From contig CAVQUM010000022.1 of NCBI GenBank assembly GCA_963716815.1, forward strand, positions 42,111-106,110: a stretch of 64,000 nt of DNA, in the 5' to 3' direction. The stretch comes from an uncultured Chloroflexia bacterium (GTDB lineage: Bacteria > Chloroflexota > Limnocylindria > Limnocylindrales > CSP1-4). This document shows, one piece after another, positions 15,230-25,385 of the stretch (position 1 is its first letter; each line of letters opens with the position of its first letter). Position numbers and translations under genes: made by a program. A model generated the notes under the pieces. It was given only the letters and a program-made list of their open reading frames with translations, had not been told where the DNA came from and did not search any database.

Positions 15230-17394
15230 TCAGCGACGCCAGCCGAAGGAGCGCCGCCGCCGCGACGTGCCCTCGGCATCGGCATCGACGCTCGAGAGGC
15301 CGGGCCGGCCACCCGGGTCGGCATCGCTGGGCTTGTCGTGGCCGTTGCCCGACGAACGGCACCGTAGGGCACGTCGGCCACGACCGTGTTGGGCCGGCCG
15401 ACGAGGGCCTCGCGGATGCGATGCGCCTTCTGGTTGTGCAGGATCCTGTCCCACCAGTGGCGCGGCACATACTCCGGCAGGACCACCACCGTGATGGTGT
15501 TGGGCGGGGTCGGCGCCATCACGTCGAGGTAGTGCAGGAAGGGCAACACCAGCGAGCGATAGGGCGTCTCGATGATGACCAGCGGTACGTCCGGCAGCAT
15601 GTGCTCCCAGTCTCGGCGCAGCGCTTCGGCAGCCTCGCTATCGACGGTGATATGGACGGCGCGCACATCATCGGAGATGGTGCGTCCGAACTGCACCGAG
15701 CGGATGACCGCCTGAGACAGCGAGGGCACCGGGATGATCACGCGGCTCCTCTTGGTCGGCGCCCCGTAGACGCGGGTCTTGTCGACCCCCAGCTCCTCTT
15801 GGGCGGTGTCGTACTCGTGGTGGATGAACCACATGACCCCCACCAGGATCGGGATGAGTACCAGCACCAGCAGCGAGGCCGGAGCCTTGACCACGGCCAC
15901 GTCGATGGCCACCAGGCCGGTGATGACCGCGCCGACCGCGTTGACCGACAGCCGCCGTCGGAAGCCGGGCGGTCGCTCGCGCAGCCAGTGCCGGATCATG
16001 CCCGTCTGGCTGATGGTGAAGTCGATGAAGACGCCCACTGCATAGAGCGGGATGAGCGCGTGGGTGTCACCCCCGAAGACGACGATGAGGATCCCGGCCA
16101 GCAGGCCCAGCACCACGATGCCAGCCGTGAAGGCCAGGCGGTCGCCGCGGTAGGCGAAGCGGCGCGGCATGTAGTTGTCCTCGGCAAGCACCGCCGACAA
16201 CCGCGGGAAGGCCGAGAAGGAGGTGTTGGCCGCGAGCATGAGGATGACCGCCGCGAACGTGAGGAAGAGGTAGAAACCCACCGACTCCCAGCCGAAGACG
16301 CTGCCTGCCACCTGCGAGAGCACCGTCGCTTCCTCGTTGGGCACGATGGCGAAGCCCGAGGCCAGGAAGGTGATGCCGATGAAGAGCACGCCCAGCAGCA
16401 CGGCCATGACCGCGAGGGTGGAGGCGGCGTTCTTCGACTCCGGTGGCTCGAAGGCAGGCACGCCCGTGGCGATGGCTTCGGTGCCGGTGAGGGCCACGGC
16501 ACCGCTGGCGAAGGCGCGCATGGCCAGGAGCAGGATGGCGATGCTGGCGAGGTCGATCGAGTTCTCGCGCAGGTCCGGGTAGCTGGCGCCCTCGCCGCCG
16601 ACGATGATCTGCCAGGCGCCGAGCACGATCATGAGCAGGGCCGTGCCCACGAAGAGATAGGTGGGAACCGCGAAGATGTTGCCCGCTTCGCGCACACCGC
16701 GCAGGTTGGCCAAGGTGATGACCGCCACCACGACCACGGCGATGAGCACCTGCCAGGGGCCGAGTGAGGGCAGCGCCGCCACGATCTGTTCCGAGGCGGA
16801 CGAGATGGACACGGCCACGGTCAGGACGTAGTCGATGAGCAGTGCTGCCGCGGCCACCAGCGAGGCCAGGCGCCCGATGTTGGCCTTGGAGACCGAGTAG
16901 GAACCGCCGCCGGTGGGGTAGGCCACCACCACCTGGCGGTAGCTGATAGCGACCACGCCCAGCAGGAGGGCGATGCTGATGGCGACCGGCAGGGCCAGGG
17001 TCAGCGCGGCTAGGCCCACGCCCGCGAGCAACAGTGCGCGCAGGATCTCCTCGGTGGCGTAGGCGCTGGAGCTGATGGCGTCCGAGCTGAAGATGGCCAG
17101 CGCCTTCTTCTTGGACAGGCGCTCGCCGATCTCCTCGGCGCTGGCCAGCGGGCGGCCGAAGAGCGTGCGTCGCGCTGCCGCCATGAGGCGACCACGTGGG
17201 TGGACCTCCTCGTGTGCCTTCGGCCGCGCTTCGAGCGCGCCCGAGGGTGTGTAGCGGAAGTACTCGCTTCGCGTCCGCTCCACGCGGACACGCCGGTTGC
17301 CCGGCTTCTGGCCGGCCAGTCCGGCTGGTCTGGGTGTCTGGGTCGTGCGCTCGTGCGAAGCGTCCGGGCGCTTGTCGCCCTCGTCAGTCGTCAT
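15230..17394 (-). CDS. KimA/YdaO-like APC-superfamily K+ transporter, copy 1 (probable 3-prime frameshift near 15360)
   Basis: FSSDAISSSAYATEE, YPTGGGSY, LIDYVLTVAVS, TGTEAI, AANTSF, LIPLYAVGVF, cytosolic PYRSL..LPEY..LHNQ. Confidence 0.88.
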
Positions 17395-17617
17395 GGGTAT
17401 CCACGAACCGCCGGGGCGGTCCGCTCACGCGTGTCCTCGCGCGCAGGCACCAGGACGCGGTTATCGGGTTCCTTCATCGGAGCCGCCGTCGCGCCCTGCA
17501 CCAGTGGGGCGGATGCACGCAGACCGGCTTTCGCTTCGGGAGTATGCGCTTCCATGCGCAAGTCGGCAGGACTGGATGGGCACCCTCCAACGGGCCGGCT
17601 GGCGGTGCCCGATGTGC

Positions 17618-19799
17618 CTACTCGTCCTCACTCGCCGGCCCCTCCGGCGCGGCTGCACCGGCTTCGTCGCGCCGCCGCCAGAGCCCGCGGAAGCTGATGC
17701 CGGCGTGGCGGTGTGCGCTGCCGTAGGGCACGTCGGCCACCACCGTCTCGGGCCGGCCCACCAACGCGTTCTTCAGCTGGTCCGCGCTCTGGTTGTAGAG
17801 GATGCGGTCCCAGAAGTGGCGCGGCACGTACTCGGGCAGGACCACGATGGTGATGACGTCTGCCTCCGACGGGGCCATCACGTCGAGGTAGTGCAGGAAG
17901 GGCGTGACCAGCGAGCGGTAGGGCGTCTCCACGATGACCAGCGGCACGCCCGGCAGCGTCTTCTCCCACTCTGTGCGCACGGCCTCGCCTTCCTCGAGGT
18001 CGGAGCGTGATGAGCACGGCCTTGACGTCGTCGCCGAGCGAGCGGCCGAACTGCACCGACTGCACCGTCGCGCGCGACAGGTTCATGATCGGGATGATCA
18101 CGCGGTTGCGCTTGCGCGGCGCATCGAAGACCTGGTCGTCCTCGATGGCCAGGTCGGCGCCCACCGTGTCGTACTCCCGGCGGATGAACCACATGACCGC
18201 GACCTGCACGGGCAGCACCACCACCACCAGCAGTGACTCGGGCGCCTTGGAGATGATGACCGAGACGAGGATGATGCCGGTGATAACGGCGCCGACGGCG
18301 TTGACCGCCAGGCGGAACTGCCACCCCGGCGACTTGTTGCGCAGCCAGTGCCGGACCATGCCCGACTGGCTGATGGTGAAGTCGGTGAAGATGGCCGTGG
18401 CGTAGATGGGGATGAGCGTTTCGGTCTCCCCGCCGAAGGCCACGATGAGCACGGCCGCCAGCACGCCCAGGACGACGATGCCCAGGGTGTAGGCCAGACG
18501 TTCACCGCGAAAGGCGAACGAGCGCGGGAAGAAGCCGTCGTTGGCCAGCACCGAGGCCAGCACCGGGAAGGCCGCGAACGAGGTGTTGGCCGCGAGCATG
18601 AGGATGAGCGTGGTGAAGGTGAGGAAGAGGAAGAAGCCGACCGAGCCCGCGCCGAAGACCGCCTCGGCCGACTGGGCGATGATCGTGACCTCATCGTTGG
18701 GGATGAGGCCGTAGCCGTTGGCGAGGAAGGTGATGCCGATGAAGAGTGTGCCCAGGATGACCGACATCACGGCCAGGGTCGTGGCCGCGTTGCGGGCCTC
18801 GGGCGGCTTGAAGGCAGGCACGCCGGTGGCGATGGCCTCGGTGCCGGTGAGGCCGACCGAGCCGGCCGAGAAGGCGCGCACGGCCAGCAGCACCAACGCC
18901 AGGCTGCTCATGTCGGCGGTGGCCTGCGAGAGCGAGGGATAGGAGGCGTCCACCCCGACCACGATGATCTGGAAGGCGCCCAGGCCGATCATCAGCAGGG
19001 CCATGCCCAGGAAGAGGTAGGTGGGGATGGCGAAGATGTTGCCCGCCTCGCGCAGGCCGCGCAGGTTGCCGATGGTGATGAGGAAGACGGCGCCGACCGC
19101 GATGAGCTCCTTCCAGCCGGCCAGCGCCGGCACGGCAGAGGCGATCTGGTCCGAGGCGGAGGACACCGACACCGCCACCGTCAGCACATAGCCCACGAGC
19201 AGGGCGCTGGCGGCGACCAGCGAGGGCATCTTGCCGAACGTGGCCTTGGAGACCGAGTACGAGCCGCCGCCGGTGGGGTAGGCCAACACGATCATGCGGT
19301 AGGACAAGGCCACCACGCCCAGCAGGATGGCCAGGGCGACCGACACCGGCAGTGACAGCGCGAGGTAGCCGTATCCGACCCCCGCCGTCGCGCCCGCGAC
19401 CACCAGTGCGCGCAGGATTTCCTCGGTGGCGTAGGCGCTGGAGCTGATGGCGTCCGAGCTGAAGATGGCCAGCGCCTTCTTCTTGGGCAGGCGTTCCTCG
19501 CCCTCTTCCTCCGACGCCAGCGGGCGGCCGAAGAGGATGCGCCGGCCGGCGGCGAGCCCGCGCCCCATGGCCCGCTTCTCCTCGTGGGCCTTGGGTCGGG
19601 CCACCAGCGTGTCCTTGGCGGCGTAGCGGAAGTACTCCGCCTGCGGCCGCTCCACGCGCACGCGCCGATCGCCGATCTTGCGCCCGCGCAACTGGCCTGG
19701 CTGGCGCCCAGGGCTGGCGTGGGAGGACGCTTTCCGCCGGCGCTCGTCTCGCGGCTCGGCCTGCCCGCTGTCGCCGTTCCCGCCTGGCCTCTCGCCCAT
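17618..19799 (-). CDS. KimA/YdaO-like APC transporter, copy 2 (frameshift near 18000)
   Basis: Same motif set as copy 1; C-terminal domain continues in ORF 17618..17980. Confidence 0.88.
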
Positions 19800-19803
19800 C
19801 GCG

Positions 19804-20526
19804 CTAGACCCCCCTCCCGAGACGATCGGCCAGCCGCCGGGGCAGGGTCGTGGCGCGCATGTCGGTCTGCACGGCCTTGATGTCGTAGCGGAAGCGCAGC
19901 CAGCGCACGGTCCCGTTCTTGGTGTCGATGGTCATGGCGCAGCCCCGGGGGTCACCATCTCGCGGCTGACCCACCGAGCCCGGATTGAGGATGCAGCGGC
20001 GCTCGTCGAGCGTGAGCTCGTCGCCGTCCTCGGCCAGCAGCGCCTCGACCTGGCCCTTGTCATCGACGAAGGCGAGCTGGTGGTGGGTGTGGCCCACGAT
20101 GCAGTACGGCGTCTCGAACGCGCCCAGGTTGATGCGCGCAGCCGGGATGGTGAAGAGGTACTCCCAGATGGGATCGCGCGGGCTGCCGTGGGCCAGCGTG
20201 AAATCACCCTCCACGCGCAGCTCGGGCAGCTCGGCCAGCCAATCGAGGTTGCCCCCGTCCATCGTCTCCGCCGTCCATGCCACCGCCGCTCGGGCGAGGT
20301 CGTTGAAGGTGCCGGTGGGGATGCGCCCGAGCACGGCCGCGTCGTGGTTACCCTGCACGGCGACCGCGTTCGCTTCCCGCAGACGTGCCACGACCGCGTC
20401 GGGATGCGGGCCGTAGCCGACGATGTCACCGAGCACCCACAGTTGGTCGAACTCGCCGACGGCGTCGAGCGCAGCGTCGAGGGCGGGGGCGTTGGAGTGG
20501 ATGTCCGAGAGGACGGCGAGACGCAT
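19804..20526 (-). CDS. Calcineurin-like metallophosphoesterase
   Basis: SDIHSN, GDIVGYG, GNHD, HGSP, GHTH, NPGSVGQPRD. Confidence 0.92.
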   Translation of the reverse strand: MRLAVLSDIHSNAPALDAALDAVGEFDQLWVLGDIVGYGPHPDAVVARLREANAVAVQGNHDAAVLGRIPTGTFNDLARAAVAWTAETMDGGNLDWLAELPELRVEGDFTLAHGSPRDPIWEYLFTIPAARINLGAFETPYCIVGHTHHQLAFVDDKGQVEALLAEDGDELTLDERRCILNPGSVGQPRDGDPRGCAMTIDTKNGTVRWLRFRYDIKAVQTDMRATTLPRRLADRLGRGV

Positions 20527-20553
20527 CGGCGCGAGGGTAGCAGGGCGCGCTTG

Positions 20554-20620
20554 GCAGCGAGCCTCCGACCGGCAGCAGCGAGCCTCCGCCCGACAGCAGC
20601 GAGCCTCCGCCCGACAGCAG
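20554..20620. repeat. Tandem repeat 3 x 21 bp GCAGCGAGCCTCCG(A/C)CCG(G/A)CA
   Basis: Read directly in the intergenic gap between rsmG and the phosphoesterase. Confidence 0.85.
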
Positions 20621-20649
20621 GCCCCGCGAGCGTCCCGCCGCGCGGGCGA

Positions 20650-21510
20650 TCAGCGCTTCCGCCGCCGGCGGACCCCGGCCGGGCGGGGATAGGCGATGGG
20701 CGTGGTGCGCTCCTTGGGCACGACCACCAGGCGGTGGCCAAGGAGACCCGACGCCTCGACCGGGTACACCCGCGGACGCCCGCCGCCCGCGGCGCGGATG
20801 ACCGAACCCGCGCGCTGCAGCTCGACGCGTAGGCCGCCGCCTTCTTCCTCGTGCTTCCAGGCCACGACCGTGCCGCGCAGGCGCGCGAGCGGCAGGCTCA
20901 GCTCGAGCACCTCGGCCAGCGGTCCCACGGCCCGGCTGGTGACCACATCCCAGGCCTCGCGGTGCTCGTACTCTTCGGCCATGTCCTCCGCGCGCTCAGC
21001 GATGGCTTCGATGGAGATCGGTTCTCTCGCCCCCTCGACGCCCGCAGCCTCGTCGTCTCGGACCAGCAGCGCGGCCACGGCAGCGCCGGCCACGCCCAGG
21101 AAGCGCGCCTTCTTGCCGACCGAGTCGAGCAGGCCCACGCGTGACAACGGCAGCGCCGCGGCCAGGGGCAGGCCCGGGTAGCCCCCGCCACTCCCGATGT
21201 CGAGGAGTGTGGCCCCGGGTCTGATCAGCCCATCGAGCACGGGCACGGCGCTGAGCGAGTCGACGGTGTGCCGTCGGGCCACGTCGGCAGGCTCGCGGAT
21301 GGCGGTGAGGTTGATGGCGCGGTTCCAGTCGCGCAGCAGCCGCGCGTGGGCTTCGTAGCTCTCGCGAGCAGGAGCACCCGCAGCACGCGCGTCGAGCAGA
21401 CCCAGCTCGGTCAGACCGGCCTCGAGCGCTTCGTCGAAGGCCGGGCCCATAGGCTCGAGCGACTCCGGGTCGGAGGGCAGTTCAGGGCGGGGCCCGGCGG
21501 CTTCGGTCAC
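20650..21510 (-). CDS. rsmG: 16S rRNA m7G527 methyltransferase RsmG
   Basis: WNRAINLTAI, HTVDSL, LDIGSGGGYPG, DSVGKK, RAE, SRAV, TPIAYPR. Confidence 0.92.
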   Translation of the reverse strand: MTEAAGPRPELPSDPESLEPMGPAFDEALEAGLTELGLLDARAAGAPARESYEAHARLLRDWNRAINLTAIREPADVARRHTVDSLSAVPVLDGLIRPGATLLDIGSGGGYPGLPLAAALPLSRVGLLDSVGKKARFLGVAGAAVAALLVRDDEAAGVEGAREPISIEAIAERAEDMAEEYEHREAWDVVTSRAVGPLAEVLELSLPLARLRGTVVAWKHEEEGGGLRVELQRAGSVIRAAGGGRPRVYPVEASGLLGHRLVVVPKERTTPIAYPRPAGVRRRRKR

Positions 21511-21584
21511 GGTCGATCTCCCCCGCTGCGTACGCCTGGGATGACGAGAGCGCCGCGCCACGCCGGGGCACCGCCCGACCAGGA

Positions 21585-21821
21585 CAAGGAAGTGCGCCGG
21601 AAGCGACCCTCCTCATGGCCGGTTCGCGGTCGTCGTCGCGAACACGTTACCCGGGCCAAAGCCGCTCCCGGCGCTGGAACGTTCCTCGCACCCGTCGGCG
21701 TTTCGGTCTTCCGACACCCGGACGGTCGTCGCGTACGGATCTCTCCGTACAACGTCACGGGCGGCGTTACCGTACTCCGCCGCTGCACGACACCACGTAG
21801 GGCACCGCGTGGTGCAGGAAC
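21585..21821 (-). ncRNA. Candidate structured ncRNA or long leader (6S-like rod plus a second 14-bp stem)
   Basis: Closing stem GUUCCUGCACC/GGUGCGAGGAAC, GAGA-capped terminal hairpin, 14-bp stem with G-U pairs only on the minus strand, upstream TTGACG-17-GACACT. Confidence 0.45.
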
Positions 21822-21858
21822 GGCAGTGTCCGCAGTGGCCGGGGCCGCGTCAAGGAGG

Positions 21859-21959
21859 TTATCCACGAATCGTGGTGCCCCCACGCACCGTTGTGGAAAA
21901 CAAGCCCGATTCGGTGGATAAGCCCACGCGATGGTGGACAGGCATGGTGTTTCCCCACC
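21859..21959. promoter_or_regulatory. Cluster of DnaA boxes
   Basis: TTATCCACG 21859, TGTGGAAAA 21892 (fits TTWTNCACA), GGTGGATAA 21913, weaker GGTGGACAG 21933 and TTCCCCACC 21951. Confidence 0.7.
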
Positions 21960-21984
21960 GGCGGCGACTCGTCCCAGCCGGACG

Positions 21985-22365
21985 TCAGGCTTCCGCGGTG
22001 CCGCGAGGGCCGCGTGCGGGGCGACCCATGCCTCGGCGCACGACCTCCATGACCTCCTCGGTGAGCGTCGCGGTGTCGCCGCTCTCCACGGCTGCGTTGA
22101 CGCAACCCTGGACGTGATCCTCCATCAGCAGCATCGAGACAGCATCGACCGCAGCCCGCAGGGCAGCCGTCTGCTGCAGGACGTCCACGCAGTCCTCGTC
22201 ACGCTCGATCATACGGGCCACGCCGCGGACCTGGCCCTCCATACGGGCCAGGCGCCGAAGGACCTGTTCCCGTGACCCGCCATACGGTCGCGGTATCGGA
22301 GTGGCCTTGTGCCGACCCGACTTGCTGGTGGTGCCTGCGCCCACGTCGCCTCCGTCACTCGTCAC
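21985..22365 (-). CDS. csoR: CsoR/RcnR-family metal-sensing repressor (x-C-H-C type)
   Basis: RLARMEGQVRGV, C..VLQQ, H...C ligand set; start uncertain. Confidence 0.85.
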   Translation of the reverse strand: MTSDGGDVGAGTTSKSGRHKATPIPRPYGGSREQVLRRLARMEGQVRGVARMIERDEDCVDVLQQTAALRAAVDAVSMLLMEDHVQGCVNAAVESGDTATLTEEVMEVVRRGMGRPARGPRGTAEA

Positions 22366-22386
22366 CGGGGACGGGATGCTCCCCGG

Positions 22387-22404
22387 ATACTGGGTGGGAG
22401 TATA
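22387..22404 (-). promoter_or_regulatory. CsoR/RcnR-type operator ATACT-GGGTGGG-AGTAT overlapping -10 TATACT
   Basis: Inverted TACT/AGTA arms around a G-tract, directly upstream of csoR. Confidence 0.75.
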
Positions 22405-22422
22405 GCCGGGCTCAGCTCCGAC

Positions 22423-22842
22423 CTACGGCGGAGGCGGCTTCTCGGCGATGAGCTCGAGCACGCCCCAGGTGGTGATGGCCATGGCCACGATGGCCAGCCA
22501 CAGGCCGGGGGCGTCGAGCGGCGTCAGGCTGTAGTCCTCTTCGCCGCCGATGAGGTCGGTGACCGCGAGGGCCAATCCGGCGATGCCCACGACCAGCAGG
22601 ATCGGCGTACGAGAGCGGGCGGTCGAGCGCGACCTGCCGCGTCTCGGTGGTGAAGGGCAGCACGATGAGCACGAGCATGGCCGCCGCCGCGAGGAACATG
22701 ACCAGGCCGGTACCGGCGAAGCCCCAGTCCGTGGACACGGGCAAGACGATGCCGCCGGCCTTCTGCCAGGCGAGCGGCATGGAGATGACCGCGAGGACCG
22801 CACCGACCGCGATGAGCGAGCGTCCCCGGCCGAGGCCCCGTC

Positions 22843-22846
<4 letters not shown>
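22423..22846 (-). CDS. Hypothetical membrane protein (about 4 TM), frameshift near 22610
   Basis: Hydrophobic segments joined from ORFs 22412..22846 and 22423..22803; start overlaps hpt stop. Confidence 0.65.
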
Positions 22847-23400
<554 letters not shown>

Positions 23401-23459
23401 GCGCTCGGCTCCTCTTCTTGGTGTGGTTCCGGGTCGGTGTCGGATCGAGTCGTGGCCGG

Positions 23460-23870
23460 TCAGTCGGCGGCGGGCCCGGTCTCAGCCGTGACCGCGACTT
23501 TCTTGGGTGGCGGCTGGCCTTCGATGCCGATGAGCGAGGCAGCCGCGTCGAGGCGACCGTACTTGAGCATCAGGGCCTTGAAGTCGCGCGCGTAGAAGAG
23601 CTTGATACGGATCATGGGATAGAGCTCGCGCAGGTGCCGCAGCTTGCGGTTCTTCTTGCGCACCAGGCTCTGCTTGAGCGTCGTCAACTCCACGTACATG
23701 TCCAGATCGGGCAGATAGAAGTCGGGTGCGAACGACTCGGTGACCATGCCCTCGGCGTTCCAGCGGATGGGGAAGGTGCGCGGCTCGTAGCGCCACTCGA
23801 CCTTGTAGTAGTCGAGGATGCGGGCCAGCTCGGCCTCGCTGGCGTGGGCGAAACGGGGAGACTCGCTCAA
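23460..23870 (-). CDS. Conserved hypothetical protein, PD-(D/E)XK-like fold
   Basis: FAHASE, WRYEP, FAPDFYLP..YVELTT; translationally coupled to the upstream gene. Confidence 0.75.
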   Translation of the reverse strand: MSESPRFAHASEAELARILDYYKVEWRYEPRTFPIRWNAEGMVTESFAPDFYLPDLDMYVELTTLKQSLVRKKNRKLRHLRELYPMIRIKLFYARDFKALMLKYGRLDAAASLIGIEGQPPPKKVAVTAETGPAAD

Positions 23871-24226
23871 CGCGCCTCCCCGTCCAAGCGGGCGATGAGC
23901 CGATGCACGTCGCCATCGAAGTCATCGAGCAGGCGGTGGGCGTCGAGCACGTCGTCGGCACTCACAGGCGGGCCCTCGGGCGCCACATCGAGGTCGACAT
24001 CCTCTGCGCGCACGAACTCGCCGCCCTCGAGCCGGACCGTCTGGCCATCGACCGCGATGGTGACGATGGCTACGGCCTGGGAGCCGCAGTGATCGCACGA
24101 GAGGTCGACGAAGAACAGCTCCTCACGCTGGGCGATGAGCTCGATGTGTCCCCGCCCGTAGGCCTGTCCGCAAGCCGCGCAGCCGAAGGACGCCAGCTCG
24201 CTCGTTAACCAGCTCTCAGCGTCCAT
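23867..24226 (-). CDS. Hypothetical zinc-ribbon protein
   Basis: CAAC and CDHC pairs; GGAGG RBS. Confidence 0.75.
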   Translation of the reverse strand: MDAESWLTSELASFGCAACGQAYGRGHIELIAQREELFFVDLSCDHCGSQAVAIVTIAVDGQTVRLEGGEFVRAEDVDLDVAPEGPPVSADDVLDAHRLLDDFDGDVHRLIARLDGEAR

Positions 24227-24376
24227 GCCTCCAGTCTATCGGGAGTGTCATGCAGGCACGTCGCAGGCGCGTTTCGGTCGGACGCATCGAGGGTCGCGCT
24301 GCGGAACGGGGTCGATTCTGCTTGCCACCCGTGGTAAAACGGGGCGACCCAACCACCAGAGGAGGAACCACTGTCA

Positions 24377-25267
24377 ATGGGTTCAAGCAGTAGGCGAGCG
24401 ATCGTCGTTTCCGCGGCAGCCGTCCTGGCGTTGACCGCTGCAGCTCCAGCCTTTGCTCAGGATGCCGAGCCGGACATGCTCGCGCGCGTCCAGGAAGCGG
24501 GTGTCATCCGCATGTCCACCGACCCGGCCTACCCGCCGCAGTCGGAGTTGGTCGGCGGTGAGATCGTCGGCTTCGACATCGACGTCGGGCGAGAGATCGC
24601 CACGCGTCTCGGTGTCGAGCTCGCGCTCGAGACGCCGGACTGGGCACTCATCACAGCGGGTTCATGGGGAGATCGCTGGGATTTCAGTGTCGGCTCCATG
24701 ACCATCACCAGCAAGCGCCAGGAGGTCCTCGACTTCACTCAGCCCTACTACTTCACGCCAGCGCAGATGGCCGCGCACGCGGACGCCGGCATCGAGACGC
24801 TCGACGACCTCGCGGGCAAGTCCGTGTGCATGGGTGAGGCCACGACCTACCTCGAGTGGATGAACGGCACGCTCGACTTCGGCACCGAGACGCCGGACAT
24901 CGCCCCGCCAGAGGGCTCGATCGCGGTGACCCGCACCACTGACCGCGACTGTGCCCAGGAGTGGGGCCTCGGCCGTACCGACTTCGAGGGCTGGCTGACC
25001 GCAGCCCCCACCGTCGAGGCCGCCATCGCCGACGGCATCCCGGCCGTCAAGGTCGGCGACCCCGTCTTCTACGAGCCGTTGGCGGCAGCCTTCGACAACA
25101 CGGTCGAGGACAACGACTCGCTGGTGGAGGCGGTTGACGCCATCATCGGCGAGATGCATGCTGACGGGACCCTGTCCGAGCTCAGCAACAAGTGGTACGG
25201 CTACGACCTGTCCATGAGGGTGGGCGAGGCCGACGACATGGGCATGGAGGAGGAAAGCGGGGAGTAG
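24377..25267 (+). CDS. Polar amino-acid ABC transporter substrate-binding protein
   Basis: Signal peptide, YPP, GFDIDV, SMTIT..R, DFTQPYY, DGTL..LS.KW; GGAGG RBS. Confidence 0.92.
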   Translation: MGSSSRRAIVVSAAAVLALTAAAPAFAQDAEPDMLARVQEAGVIRMSTDPAYPPQSELVGGEIVGFDIDVGREIATRLGVELALETPDWALITAGSWGDRWDFSVGSMTITSKRQEVLDFTQPYYFTPAQMAAHADAGIETLDDLAGKSVCMGEATTYLEWMNGTLDFGTETPDIAPPEGSIAVTRTTDRDCAQEWGLGRTDFEGWLTAAPTVEAAIADGIPAVKVGDPVFYEPLAAAFDNTVEDNDSLVEAVDAIIGEMHADGTLSELSNKWYGYDLSMRVGEADDMGMEEESGE

Positions 25268-25385
25268 CCCACATCCACAGATCAATGGTTCTGGGGCGCT
25301 CCGGCGCCCCGGAACCGAAGATCACCAAGCTTGTGGCTGTCACGGCTGAGGGCTCTTCCGGCGGATACAGGGAGGGTCTTCACGC

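Noticed and set aside
21859-21959. Firm call of oriC
   Set aside because: No dnaA, dnaN or parAB and no AT-rich unwinding element or DnaA-trio run is visible; kept only as a DnaA-box cluster
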